Below the pieces are notes generated by a model. The model did no database searches and was not told where the DNA came from. It saw only the letters and a program-made list of their open reading frames with translations. Made by a program: the position numbers and the translations under genes. A stretch of 58,230 nucleotides of DNA from Candidatus Moraniibacteriota bacterium (lineage in GTDB: Bacteria; Patescibacteriota; Minisyncoccia; Moranbacterales; UBA1568), in assembly GCA_018062205.1 (NCBI GenBank), contig JAGOSP010000005.1:1-58230 (forward strand). Direction: 5' to 3'. Each line of letters starts with the position of its first letter. Positions within the stretch are counted from its first letter, which is position 1. This document shows positions 36,991 to 46,827 of the stretch, one piece after another.

Positions 36991-37671
36991 TCAGTCCGAA
37001 AGAGCGGATTCCGCGACTACTACGATCGGAAGCTCTGCCGAGCATTCTTCTTCTGGTACCAACAAAATGCATTGGCACTCGCACTCTTGAAATACAAAAG
37101 GCTGCGAAGCAAACCGAACCACAAAAAAAATCCCTCCTGCTGGCTGCGTTTCCGGCCGACCAAATACTCCTCTCCTCGCATCAGTTTCAAAATGATACAG
37201 ACGTCGATTGTCTTCCCCTCCCGGTAAAATACGTCCGACAACGAAAGCATCGTCGCAGGCAATCCATGGCTGGTTTTCCGGTGTCAACAATATTCTGGTC
37301 TCAAGCACCGCCCTGCTTGGCTTTGTTGAAAAAAGATATCCTTCGGCCACTGTGTTCCTTAGCTGCCAATGTACCACCTCCACACATAGACCCTCTGCTA
37401 TTTCAGCGCTTATCTGGGGAAAATGCTGGCGAAGTGCTTCTGGAAGTTGCGCTTGGTTCGAAAGGGTAACCACTTCTCCTTGCAGACAAGAGATGTTCAC
37501 AACCCAGAGATTCCCCTTCGCTGCCTCCTCTTCCCCTTCATCTTCCGTTTCCGGCGGACGACGCCAGCTCCGCACCCAGGAAACAAATCCGATGATAATC
37601 ACCACAAAAATCAATACGCCGTACCAACCAATCGAAGAATAATATTTCGGCACCATACAGCCCTCCTCCAA
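36991..37671 (-). CDS. Hypothetical membrane-anchored protein (about 221-226 aa)
   Basis: N-terminal TM segment (IGWYGVLIFVVIIIGFV), with a terminator downstream. No family motif. Confidence 0.55.
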   Translation of the reverse strand: MEEGCMVPKYYSSIGWYGVLIFVVIIIGFVSWVRSWRRPPETEDEGEEEAAKGNLWVVNISCLQGEVVTLSNQAQLPEALRQHFPQISAEIAEGLCVEVVHWQLRNTVAEGYLFSTKPSRAVLETRILLTPENQPWIACDDAFVVGRILPGGEDNRRLYHFETDARRGVFGRPETQPAGGIFFVVRFASQPFVFQECECQCILLVPEEECSAELPIVVVAESALSD

Positions 37672-37849
37672 AAATTGTAAAAAAACTTACCTTCACTGCA
37701 AACTATTCGCAGAAGACTGCAGGATAGTTTCTTATTCTAGCACAAAAGAGAGAACCGTCAAGAGACCGTGGTAATATGAGCACTCCAAATAGCGTCATTT
37801 TTCTCTCTCCTCATGATATAATAAAGTGTATCCTTTAATCTCATCTTCT

Positions 37850-39184
37850 ATGAATGCAAAGATTTTCAAAGCCTACGACATTCGCGGTATTTATGGAACA
37901 GATTTCGATGAGCAGGATGCTTACGCTATCGGACGAGCTACAGTTGATTTTCTTGGGTGCCAGCGCCTTGCTGTCGGACGAGATGCTCGCATATCATCGC
38001 CAGTGCTTTTCGAAAGCTTCACACGTGGCGCGATGGAGGCTGGTGCCCATATCCTCGATCTCGGCGTTATCACTACTCCTATGGTTTACTTCGCCGCTGG
38101 ACGCCTCGATATTGATGCCGCAGTTTCCATCACTGCTTCTCACAACCCTCCAGAATACAATGGCATGAAAATTTGCCTACGCGGAGCGCTTCCAGTTGGC
38201 GAAGCATCCGGACTTTCAGCAATACGTGACATCGCCATCGCAGGAAAATTCAAAACGCCAGAAACGGTTGGGTCGCTGACGCCCGAAGATATCAAACCGG
38301 CTTACTATGGGTTCTTTTCTTCTTTTGCTGAACTAAAAGACCACCATTTCTCGCTCGTCATAGATACTGCCAATGCGATGGGCGTGCTCGAGCTGCCTAT
38401 CTACGAACAGCTTTCTGAAAACCTCACACTCGTGCGTCTCTATGATGACCTCTCTCATCCTTTCTCAGCGCATGAGGCAAATCCACTCAATACACAAACA
38501 CTTGATGAACTCCGGGAAAAGGTTGTACGGTGTCAGGCACACCTCGGTATCGCCTATGATGGAGATGCCGATCGTATCGGCTTCGTTGATGAAACGGGTC
38601 TTATTATCCCAATGGATCTCGTCACGGCTCTCCTCGCGAAGGAAGTCCTCAAGAAAAAACCCGGCAGTACCATTCTGTATGATCTTCGTTCTTCTCGCTC
38701 TGTCAAAGAATTCATCGAAGAAAATGGCGGGCGGGCACTTGAATGTCGAGTTGGACACGCCTTCATCAAAAAACAGATGCGTGAGACTGGAGCAATTTTT
38801 GCCGGTGAACTCTCTGGTCATTACTATTTCGAAGAAAATTCCCTTGCCGAAGCTGGCACACTCCCCGCACTCCTTCTTCTCAATCTCATGGTTGAAACTG
38901 GCCAACCCATCTCTCAATTAGTTTCTGAAACCAAGCGCTACTTCCATTCAGGAGAAATCAATAGCGAAGTAAGGGATAAAGATGAGATACTTACCAAACT
39001 TCGCTTACACTATGCTGATGGCAAACAACACGAACTCGATGGCCTCAAAGTTGATTATACCGACTGGTGGTTCAATGTTCGTCCATCGAATACTGAACCT
39101 CTTCTCCGCCTCAATCTTGAAGCATCCACACCGGAACAGCTGGCAATCAAACAAGCCGAGCTTCTTAGTCTTATTCGGAGTTGA
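37850..39184 (+). CDS. Phosphomannomutase/phosphoglucomutase (alpha-D-phosphohexomutase family)
   Basis: Active-site TASHNPPEYNGMK, metal loop GIAYDGDADRIGFVD, and sugar loop GELSGHYYF. Confidence 0.92.
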   Translation: MNAKIFKAYDIRGIYGTDFDEQDAYAIGRATVDFLGCQRLAVGRDARISSPVLFESFTRGAMEAGAHILDLGVITTPMVYFAAGRLDIDAAVSITASHNPPEYNGMKICLRGALPVGEASGLSAIRDIAIAGKFKTPETVGSLTPEDIKPAYYGFFSSFAELKDHHFSLVIDTANAMGVLELPIYEQLSENLTLVRLYDDLSHPFSAHEANPLNTQTLDELREKVVRCQAHLGIAYDGDADRIGFVDETGLIIPMDLVTALLAKEVLKKKPGSTILYDLRSSRSVKEFIEENGGRALECRVGHAFIKKQMRETGAIFAGELSGHYYFEENSLAEAGTLPALLLLNLMVETGQPISQLVSETKRYFHSGEINSEVRDKDEILTKLRLHYADGKQHELDGLKVDYTDWWFNVRPSNTEPLLRLNLEASTPEQLAIKQAELLSLIRS

Positions 39185-39197
39185 TTCTTCTGTTGCC

Positions 39198-39422
39198 CTA
39201 TTTCTGGAGTAATGTAGCGGTATCTCCACGCTGATACGCATCCAAAAATGCTTCAGCACCTATTCCTACCGCTTGTTCTATGGAACAAAGCATTCTCTCG
39301 AGCGATAAAATCTCATTCTCGTTGAGGCTTGTTGATTCCTCTCTTAACGCCTGCTTCATAGCATCGGAAAGCACCGGAGAATTTACAACTCTTTCTTTAA
39401 ACTCTGTTACAGATATAGACAT
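39198..39422 (-). CDS. Hypothetical small protein (74 aa)
   Basis: ORF 5 nt downstream of the 39428-40417 gene on the same strand. Confidence 0.4.
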   Translation of the reverse strand: MSISVTEFKERVVNSPVLSDAMKQALREESTSLNENEILSLERMLCSIEQAVGIGAEAFLDAYQRGDTATLLQK

Positions 39423-39427
39423 ATATT

Positions 39428-40417
39428 TTACGGAAGTTTTAATCGAAAAACCACACCGACCGCTGGATCAGAATTCCCTTTGACTATTTTGGAAATACCC
39501 AAACCAGGATCAGCTCCAAAAGTGACCTCCCAGCCACCAGATGTACTCCCCAACGTATGTTGCAAGAGCATATTTCTCGCATTCATATGACTCGTATCGA
39601 ATTCGAGAGCGGCGTTTCTTAATTCTCCTTGCGAAATAGCCGCTCCACCGACTTGATTCGCTTGACGCATATTTTCATCTTTCATACTTCGAATGGCCAT
39701 CGCTCTTATCCGATCCGTCAACACAGCGTCGGCAAGCACAGAAGATCCAAGTACGACAAAATCTCCTACTTTTTGTATGGCTCCTGTTGGGTCAGCTCCA
39801 GTTAATTGAGCAATGCGCGATAAAAATCCTCGTATCTGCTCCTGTGTCCAAGCCACAGCTTCTTGTGTGCCAAGGGCTTTTTCGGTCTTTGAAACAAGTT
39901 CCTCTACTTTTTTTTCATCTGGAGTACGCAGGTCGAGGTCGAGTGCCGATACTTCTTTTAGTCGATCTATTCGTTCGCGGTATTCCTCCTCTACAATCGT
40001 CGGATCGGCAGACGGAACTTTTCCTGCTTGATACTCTGAAAATAACACTGTTCGTCCCAATTTTTCTTCAGTTCCTCCACTCTCCTGAATACTTTTTTCA
40101 TCAGACGCTCCTCCTGGCCCCTGTTCGCTTTGAGAAATTATCTTGGCTGCTGGAAGTGAAAATCGACCATCCTTATCCGCACGAAGAGGCGATGCCGCAC
40201 TTGTCGGCGCTGCTTCATATTTTATTTTCACGGTAGGATTTGGCACGTGTTCCTCCGAAGGATTCGAAGCCTGAGCGTCAGAAATCGCCAATGCACCAAC
40301 AACAGCAGCTGCCAATACGTGTTCTTTACTCGATCGTTTTTTTGTATTCCCTTCGCTTACCGAAACATCTTGCTTTCGAGTAGTTATTTGGGCTTCAGAA
40401 GGTCTCTCAAAATTCAT
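39428..40417 (-). CDS. Hypothetical membrane-anchored or secreted protein (329 aa)
   Basis: Hydrophobic segment VLAAAVVGALAIS after a charged N-terminus. Low-complexity Ser/Glu/Pro-rich region. Confidence 0.55.
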   Translation of the reverse strand: MNFERPSEAQITTRKQDVSVSEGNTKKRSSKEHVLAAAVVGALAISDAQASNPSEEHVPNPTVKIKYEAAPTSAASPLRADKDGRFSLPAAKIISQSEQGPGGASDEKSIQESGGTEEKLGRTVLFSEYQAGKVPSADPTIVEEEYRERIDRLKEVSALDLDLRTPDEKKVEELVSKTEKALGTQEAVAWTQEQIRGFLSRIAQLTGADPTGAIQKVGDFVVLGSSVLADAVLTDRIRAMAIRSMKDENMRQANQVGGAAISQGELRNAALEFDTSHMNARNMLLQHTLGSTSGGWEVTFGADPGLGISKIVKGNSDPAVGVVFRLKLP

Positions 40418-40491
40418 AATTCTTACAATTTTCAGTCTATGATCATTCTTAATTCATTGTATACGTTCAGAATAGACGTATTATAGCAGTT

Positions 40492-40718
40492 TTTCTCTCA
40501 ACATGAGAAGACCATGAAAAGATCTCTGGTACCACAGAATCCTCTCCAAAACAACGAGCCGTACCCTTGCCGAGAAAAATTACATCTAGTATACTAACAA
40601 ACAGGCGTATGGTAATCCGAGGAAGCATTCTTCATGTGATGAAGCGGCCGAAGCACTTTGGCTTTGTTCCTGCTTTCAAAACTGTTTCCTCTTCATCCCG
40701 ATAATCGGGATTTTTTTT
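40492..40718 (+). ncRNA. Orphan promoter-to-terminator unit: putative small RNA (or tiny-ORF transcript)
   Basis: TTGTAT, a 16-nt spacer, then TATTAT at 40457-40484. Strong terminator ATCCCGA-taa-TCGGGAT followed by T8 at 40695-40718. The only ORF inside is 27 codons. Internal hairpin CTTCAT-gtg-ATGAAG. Confidence 0.25.
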
Positions 40719-40779
40719 CGCCCGAATACGCTCAAGCTAACCCGCTCTTTAACACTCGCCACAGCAAACATCCAACAAA

Positions 40780-41091
40780 TCAATCGAATGATTGAGGAAG
40801 AACCGTATCTTGCGCAGTCCGCATTTCGTTGTAGCATGCCTCTTCAAGGAGATTGTCGTGAATAATACTTCCACTGTAGTTTGTGATTGCCCTTTGCTCG
40901 CAGAAAAAATCCGCCTGAGCAACACTGATCGTCAGTGCCACATTCCAACTACCCGGATTTTTTACCTTACTCAATATCCGAGTGGGAACTGCCATGACCA
41001 CCAAGCTTGCCTTGTTTGCCCGGCCTTTTCCGAAAAGGCAGCTCAAGAAATAGCCCTCCGTGAACAGCGCGGGAGAAAAGAAGCAATCCAA
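40780..41091 (-). CDS. Ambiguous ORF (103 aa; coding strand uncertain)
   Basis: Overlaps plus-strand ORF 40792-41169. The plus ORF would read through a terminator hairpin, so the minus ORF is slightly favoured. No motif. Confidence 0.25.
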   Translation of the reverse strand: MDCFFSPALFTEGYFLSCLFGKGRANKASLVVMAVPTRILSKVKNPGSWNVALTISVAQADFFCEQRAITNYSGSIIHDNLLEEACYNEMRTAQDTVLPQSFD

Positions 41092-41118
41092 AAAAGAACG
41101 CGCGCAAGTCGCGCGCGC
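41088..41118 (-). terminator. GC-rich hairpin terminator after the trpS-rhodanese operon
   Basis: The minus strand shows a GCGCGCG-actt-GCGCGC(G) palindrome followed by TTCTTTTTT. Confidence 0.55.
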
Positions 41119-41212
41119 ATCGAATCAGCAAAACAAACAAATCGCCGACCATCGGCAGCCGGAGCATAACTCGCAACAAAGATAATTCTTCCGGAGTACC
41201 ATTCCGAGACCG

Positions 41213-41605
41213 TCAACGCGCGGCCTCGTTTTCTTTTTCCTCTTGCCAGGCCAAATAGCCACCTTCCAAATTTTCGGTTTCTAGACCCACACTAGCACAG
41301 AGTGTCTGAGCCTGACCGGAGCGCCCACCTGAACGACAAGAAAGTACAATGCGCGCCTGCTCCGATGAGACACCGGCGTGTACCAAAAATTCTTCCATAC
41401 GCGCTCGTATTTCCTCTCTCGGCAATACCCGAAGAACACTCAATGGAAGATTCTTATAATAAGAAGTCTCTGGTGGAAAAAGTGGCAAATCCTTGACCTC
41501 ATCTTTCTCACGCACATCCACAATCAAAACGTTCTTCTTTCCTTGCGAAAGAAGTTCTTTTATTTCCCTGCTGCTGATTTCTTTCATACTTTCCACAATT
41601 TTCAC
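41213..41605 (-). CDS. Rhodanese-domain sulfurtransferase
   Basis: Active-site loop SCRSGGRSGQA and C-terminal LEGGYLAW. Confidence 0.85.
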   Translation of the reverse strand: MKIVESMKEISSREIKELLSQGKKNVLIVDVREKDEVKDLPLFPPETSYYKNLPLSVLRVLPREEIRARMEEFLVHAGVSSEQARIVLSCRSGGRSGQAQTLCASVGLETENLEGGYLAWQEEKENEAAR

Positions 41606-41650
41606 GTAACCATTTCTTGTTTACTGGCTTTCAATACAATCAATCATATA

Positions 41651-42637
41651 TCAGAAACCAATAAACCCAACTCGTTCACGAACGAGAAGCATCTTGGTAG
41701 AAGCCAACACCCGAGCCTTGATGGCACCCTCGCGGAGCACAACCAATGCTTCTTCATCTGAAATCTGCGCCAAACGCTCCTGAAAAGGCAAAAGAAATCC
41801 AATCACGACTTCCGCTAAATCTGTCTTGAAATCTCCATACCCCTTCCCCTGATATCCCGCCGCAATGTCTTGTGGCGTCTTACCCGAAAAGAGCGCGTAG
41901 ACATTGAGAAGATTCTTCAGGGCTGGTTTCTCGTCGCTATACACAATTTCACTCCCTGAGTCCGTTACCGCCTTCTTTATTTTCCGTCGAATTGTATCGG
42001 CATCGTCAGTCAATGCGATAAAATTGTACTCACTCGAAGCGGATTTCGACATCTTCTTGGTTGGATCATCAAGTGCCATAATACGGGCGCCTTCCTTGGT
42101 AATTTTTCCCTCTGGAACCCTGAATGTTTCACCAAAACGCTCATTGAAACGCCGCGCGAGAGTGCGTGTCAGTTCGATATGCTGCAACTGATCCTCTCCG
42201 ACCGGCACCACCGCTGTATCATAGAGCAGGATATCTGCTGCCATAAGAACGGGATAATCAAAAAGTCCGACACCTGTCGTCTCGCGCGTGTCTTTTGCTG
42301 ATTTGTCTTTAAACTGCGTCATTTTTTCCAAATCCCCCAAACGCGCAATCGTATTCAGTATCCACATGAGCTCGGTATGCTCGGGCACCTGAGACTGAAT
42401 GAAGAGCGTGCATTTTTTTGGATCAATACCAGCTGCGAGGTATATCTTCGCTATCTCCAGTGTCTTCTGCCGAAGTGCTGCTGGGTCCTGCGGAACAGTA
42501 ATCGCATGTTGATCCACAATGCAAAATATCGCTTCATATTCATCCTGAAGCGGCAACCACTGAGCAATTGCTCCGAGATAATTCCCAACATGCAAATTCC
42601 CTGATGGCTGTATTCCTGAAAACAAGCGTTGTTTTTC
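41651..42637 (-). CDS. trpS: Tryptophan--tRNA ligase
   Basis: FSGIQPSGNLHVGNYLGA (HIGH-type) and KMSKS. The start is taken at MEKQRLFSG (42637). Confidence 0.93.
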   Translation of the reverse strand, partial: EKQRLFSGIQPSGNLHVGNYLGAIAQWLPLQDEYEAIFCIVDQHAITVPQDPAALRQKTLEIAKIYLAAGIDPKKCTLFIQSQVPEHTELMWILNTIARLGDLEKMTQFKDKSAKDTRETTGVGLFDYPVLMAADILLYDTAVVPVGEDQLQHIELTRTLARRFNERFGETFRVPEGKITKEGARIMALDDPTKKMSKSASSEYNFIALTDDADTIRRKIKKAVTDSGSEIVYSDEKPALKNLLNVYALFSGKTPQDIAAGYQGKGYGDFKTDLAEVVIGFLLPFQERLAQISDEEALVVLREGAIKARVLASTKMLLVRERVGFIGF

Positions 42638-42795
42638 CATATATTCATTTACCAGATACCTTCCTATTGTACCCGACCCCCTTTTTTTAGGCAAAAAATA
42701 TCTCAATTTAAAAAAAAGGGGGGTGATCGCTCACCTCCCACACAAGTTCAATACTAATCTTATTCTATTCGCAGCACTCTTCTGTTACCGCCTCA

Positions 42796-44223
42796 TCATG
42801 AGCTTCGAATTCTCTTCCTACTGGCGAGAAGAACAATAATACCTGATGCCAAGACGGTAAACAGGGAACCTCCGATAATTGCTGGTGTGACCTTGTTTAA
42901 ATTTCCGTAGGCAAAAGTTGGAAGCCCGAATGACAGAGAAATCAGAATGCCCCAGAACATACCCGCTTCGTTCACTTCCTTACTGAGCAAGGTAATAATA
43001 GTTGGCAACAATGTTGATGCCCGTAATGTCCCATAGAACAAAAACAAGTAGAGGATAGTCAGCCCAGGGATGTTTGCAATCGCAATACCAACAACCACCA
43101 GCGCTACCATCGACCCCTTAGAGTAATGGGCGACGTCTTTCTGTTCATGCTTGTTTGGCTTCGTGATTGACAGCAAATCATGGCCAAACAGGCTCGAGAG
43201 AGACGCCAAGTTTGAATCCAACGTCGACACAAGACCAGCAAGTAGAAGATAGAGGAATGGGACTGCTACCCAGCCCGGCAAAATGCCCAAAACGACCTCT
43301 ATGTTCACTTGCGCTGGATTATTGATCTTCATACCTCCCCCGGCGGCTAAAAATCCAAGTATCGAGATAGAAAACGGAACTACAGCAAACAAAATCGCCG
43401 CCAAAAGAAACGCTGATTGTACTGATTCTTTCTTGACAGCGTATGCCCTTTGCCAAAAACTCTGATCACCAAATGGTCCAGAAAGCAACCCAATCGTTAC
43501 TGGAATCCCAAACGTATAAAACACGTTGAGACCATCACCAGAGAATAGGCTATCATACGTTCCGGACTTCCCATTTACTCCCTTCAGAACTATCTCAGGA
43601 CCGCCTCCAACTGAAACCGCCCATCCGACAATCGAGACTCCAATCACAAGCATTACCATCATCATCAAAAAATCGCTGATGATGGAAGCCCTTAACCCGG
43701 AGTACAATGAGTACCCAACTGGGATGATTGCTAAAAGAACTGTCACATAGAAATACGGGAGTCCGCTCATCGTAGAAATGATTTTTCCACCAGCCAACAG
43801 CTGCACTGCGAATGAGCAAGCTGCCAGGCCCCCAAATGCAACCAAATACACTCGTTGCACTCTGCGAGAGAAACGTTCCCGCATGTAGCCAGACATCGTG
43901 ATTCCATCAGGAAATAATGTGCGTAACCTTTTGGCGAAAAACGAGAATAAAACCAGACACCCAACATTCGGAACAAGAAACCAAAAAAGTCCAACCCAAC
44001 CCTGTGTATAGGATTTCTCCGCTGAAACAAAAAGGGCTGGAGCCCAAATCCAGGCTGCTGCAATTGAAACAGCAGCAGGAATCTTTGGAATGTTGCGCCC
44101 GGCAACAAGGAAACTCGACTTGGAAAAAACAAACCCCCGAGAAAAAATCCAGACGATGATCGACGAAAAAACCGCATACCCTACCAAGATAAGTAGTCCT
44201 TCCAAAGCGGAAAAGATTTGCAC
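42796..44223 (-). CDS. Sodium:solute symporter family transporter
   Basis: About 13 TM segments, SSF-like N-terminal pattern (FLVAGRNIP...). AAAGGAGG RBS before a GTG start. Confidence 0.75.
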   Translation of the reverse strand: MQIFSALEGLLILVGYAVFSSIIVWIFSRGFVFSKSSFLVAGRNIPKIPAAVSIAAAWIWAPALFVSAEKSYTQGWVGLFWFLVPNVGCLVLFSFFAKRLRTLFPDGITMSGYMRERFSRRVQRVYLVAFGGLAACSFAVQLLAGGKIISTMSGLPYFYVTVLLAIIPVGYSLYSGLRASIISDFLMMMVMLVIGVSIVGWAVSVGGGPEIVLKGVNGKSGTYDSLFSGDGLNVFYTFGIPVTIGLLSGPFGDQSFWQRAYAVKKESVQSAFLLAAILFAVVPFSISILGFLAAGGGMKINNPAQVNIEVVLGILPGWVAVPFLYLLLAGLVSTLDSNLASLSSLFGHDLLSITKPNKHEQKDVAHYSKGSMVALVVVGIAIANIPGLTILYLFLFYGTLRASTLLPTIITLLSKEVNEAGMFWGILISLSFGLPTFAYGNLNKVTPAIIGGSLFTVLASGIIVLLASRKRIRSS

Positions 44224-44274
44224 GATAATCCTCCTTTGAGCGAAAACAGGCTGAAAAAGAACTCCTGCACAAGA

Positions 44275-44303
44275 AATTTACAGGTTACTAGTGGCTATGT
44301 CAA
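44275..44303 (-). promoter_or_regulatory. Putative promoter of the symporter gene
   Basis: The minus strand reads TTGACA, a 17-nt spacer, then TAAATT. Confidence 0.45.
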
Positions 44304-44609
44304 GACGTATGCATACTCCAAGGCGAAAGAAATAGGTGGAGAATATAAATAGATAGATTGATTCAAGAATACTTTCTGAGTGGCCGGGATTTTAATCCAA
44401 TAAATATTGAGGCTCAAAGACGACCAAATATCCATGGGAACATCTCAATTACCAGAAACCAAATGTGATTTTCAGCACCCCCTCTCAGAAAGAACCAGGT
44501 TCTTAAATTTTAGGATCTACTAGCTCCTTTTTCATTAATTGATACCCTGTTTAAAATATCCTGAAACCATTCACTTCATTTGAAAATGCACTGATTGCAC
44601 TCTTGCAAA

Positions 44610-45275
44610 CTAAACAAGAGCATTGGTAAAAGAAACTCGAATAAAATCATCAAGAATGGGCTGTAATTGCTTTATCGAATCAGCCTTTTTAACTTTATCA
44701 AAATATATTAATCGCAATAATTCTGTTTTTGCCAATAAATCATCATCAAATTTTGCTTTCAAAAGAATTTCATCTGCTGCCTGCTGAAATGTACTCTCAA
44801 GAAAATCGGCATATTGAAACACATAAGGATAATCCGCTATCAAATCTTCGTTATATCCTAAACGCTTAAATTCACTTGCCTGCATTCTCTTCGCAGTATA
44901 TACACTCTCCTGAAGCATTACTCCAGTTGAAACCTCAAATCGAGCAACGGAGATCATCCTCATTATGCTATTAATCACCCTAAGTTTCTCTGATGATAAC
45001 CGTGCACTTTTTATTAATAATTCGCTCACCAAATCAGGTTTTGTTTCCTTAAAAATCCGATTATTCCAGTCCCATACCCAGTTAGGAAGGCTCTCTGGTT
45101 TCTCTGAAATGAGAAAAAAATCACTAAAAAAAAATTTTTTATACGATGGCCAATCAACAGAAAAACTACACAGAGTATCTTGAGTACAATTTTTTACAAA
45201 AACTAATGCAGGATAATTAGAACTAACTGCTAAAACCCTACTCGTCTGACAATCCAACAATACGCCATAGTTCAT
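44610..45275 (-). CDS. Hypothetical protein (221 aa)
   Basis: ORF 46 nt downstream of the PP-loop gene on the same strand. No recognisable motif. Confidence 0.5.
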   Translation of the reverse strand: MNYGVLLDCQTSRVLAVSSNYPALVFVKNCTQDTLCSFSVDWPSYKKFFFSDFFLISEKPESLPNWVWDWNNRIFKETKPDLVSELLIKSARLSSEKLRVINSIMRMISVARFEVSTGVMLQESVYTAKRMQASEFKRLGYNEDLIADYPYVFQYADFLESTFQQAADEILLKAKFDDDLLAKTELLRLIYFDKVKKADSIKQLQPILDDFIRVSFTNALV

Positions 45276-45321
45276 ATGAGAAAGCTTTAACCAAATGATC
45301 CAACCTGGCTACGGTAACGTT

Positions 45322-46410
45322 TTATATAAAATCATTATCAACATTACAATATTCACTCACATCCAAATCACGATAAAATTTCATTGATTCATCAATAAAA
45401 TTATATGTATCCTGCTGAAGGAAAACCGAGTACAATGAACCGCGCTTTATCTTATTGTCCCTATAATCAGCGTCTTTCGTATAATCAAAAATTATATCCT
45501 TACACACCCATTTGTATGTATTCCATTGATCTTTTATTTTTTTATCAGGATTATTCATGCTCCACAACTGGAAGTCTTCCGTATTGTAAAATTGGTTGCA
45601 ATAAGTCATCATGTAAGATAAGTCTATACGATTCACATTTCTCGGAGTCACGCGACAAATCATACGCATGAATACCGCTTGCCATTTGAGGGAAAAATTA
45701 ATCCACCAAAGATAATCCTGATTAGTTCTAATTTCAATTGGTGAGGATGATTTCAAGCGTTCAAATAACTCAATATAAAAGAACGCTCCCTTTTTTTCTT
45801 TAAGAATTTCAGTAAAAAATGTTTTAAACATGTCCTGACTATACGGTTGTTGGATAACAGATGGTCCAAATCTCAAAATCAACTTCCCCATCATATCGGA
45901 CCCGAAAAGCTGATCATTGTGCTCGCCACCAACAAACATTCGGTCTGTTCCCAAAAAATATGGGAATGCATTCACTGAATCTACCCGTAGCTTTCCTCGA
46001 ATATGATCTCGATAAAAATTTAAATTCTCGCGTATTGATTCTTCGGACAAAAGCACGATGAGATTTTCTTTTTGCTTTAAGGTTGCATTTTTGAGCAACG
46101 AAATCAAGAGGAGAGTGCTATCAATACCGCCAGAATAAAATACATTCAATGAGACACCAAGGGTGTCCGCTCTCACGAGCAATTCCCTGGCTCGTTCATT
46201 ACAAATCTCCTCGAATGTCTTCTTTATTGGTTTGAGAGCTGGTATTGGAAACAATGACTTAGTATAAAAAGGAAGTGTAATGGTATTCGTTCTATCTATC
46301 GGTACCACCGATGGATTATATATTTTAAAAAATTGCGAAAAACGATCAATTCCTGGAAGATGTGTGCATTGTCCGATTAAAATATTGGGATTGTAATAAA
46401 GAAAATTCAT
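45322..46410 (-). CDS. PP-loop (SGGxDS) ATP-pyrophosphatase superfamily protein, asparagine-synthase-C-like
   Basis: VFYSGGIDSTLLL PP-loop motif about 90 residues from the N-terminus. No glutaminase domain. Confidence 0.65.
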   Translation of the reverse strand: MNFLYYNPNILIGQCTHLPGIDRFSQFFKIYNPSVVPIDRTNTITLPFYTKSLFPIPALKPIKKTFEEICNERARELLVRADTLGVSLNVFYSGGIDSTLLLISLLKNATLKQKENLIVLLSEESIRENLNFYRDHIRGKLRVDSVNAFPYFLGTDRMFVGGEHNDQLFGSDMMGKLILRFGPSVIQQPYSQDMFKTFFTEILKEKKGAFFYIELFERLKSSSPIEIRTNQDYLWWINFSLKWQAVFMRMICRVTPRNVNRIDLSYMMTYCNQFYNTEDFQLWSMNNPDKKIKDQWNTYKWVCKDIIFDYTKDADYRDNKIKRGSLYSVFLQQDTYNFIDESMKFYRDLDVSEYCNVDNDFI

Positions 46411-46827
46411 ACTCTAGTACGTATGCATCAGCGACTTAATAATTAATCGTGATTCTGCATAAATATATTTCCCAGAAATCGGTACAGCAACTAATTCTAG
46501 AGTCGCCTTTTTAGCTTTGGAAAATCTCCCTGCATACAATCAACTTACTCTCCCGGAAAAAATTTTCAAGTGTAGAATGATGTAAATCCTAGCTCACAAA
46601 AAATCTCGTAATTTGTTCTTTTTTGTGGATCAGTTAATATATCGAAAAACATGTATTGATGCTTCTGATGCATTTTCTGGAAAGTAACACCGAATAGGTT
46701 CATCAATTAAAATTGTTCCTCATGGTATATACTGCCAAATCCTTCCAAAAAGCTCTTGTCTGCTCAATTTTATCACATTTCTCTTCATTCAACAAAAAGT
46801 TGCCCTCAGGTAAATGGTTGCACTTTT

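Noticed and set aside
40792-41169. 125-aa plus-strand ORF.
   Set aside because: Its Arg/Ala-rich C-terminus is the translation of the GC-palindrome terminator of the trpS-rhodanese operon (41088-41118). The coding status of the whole 40780-41170 interval remains unresolved.
46411-46827. Small minus-strand ORFs in the long spacer (for example a 45-codon frame, MNLFGVTFQKMHQKHQYMFFDILTDPQKRTNYEIFCELGFTSFYT) as additional precursor peptides.
   Set aside because: It has no RBS or promoter signal, no Cys/Ser/Thr-rich core, and no resemblance to the 64-aa peptide. It is more likely chance or the debris of a decayed gene.
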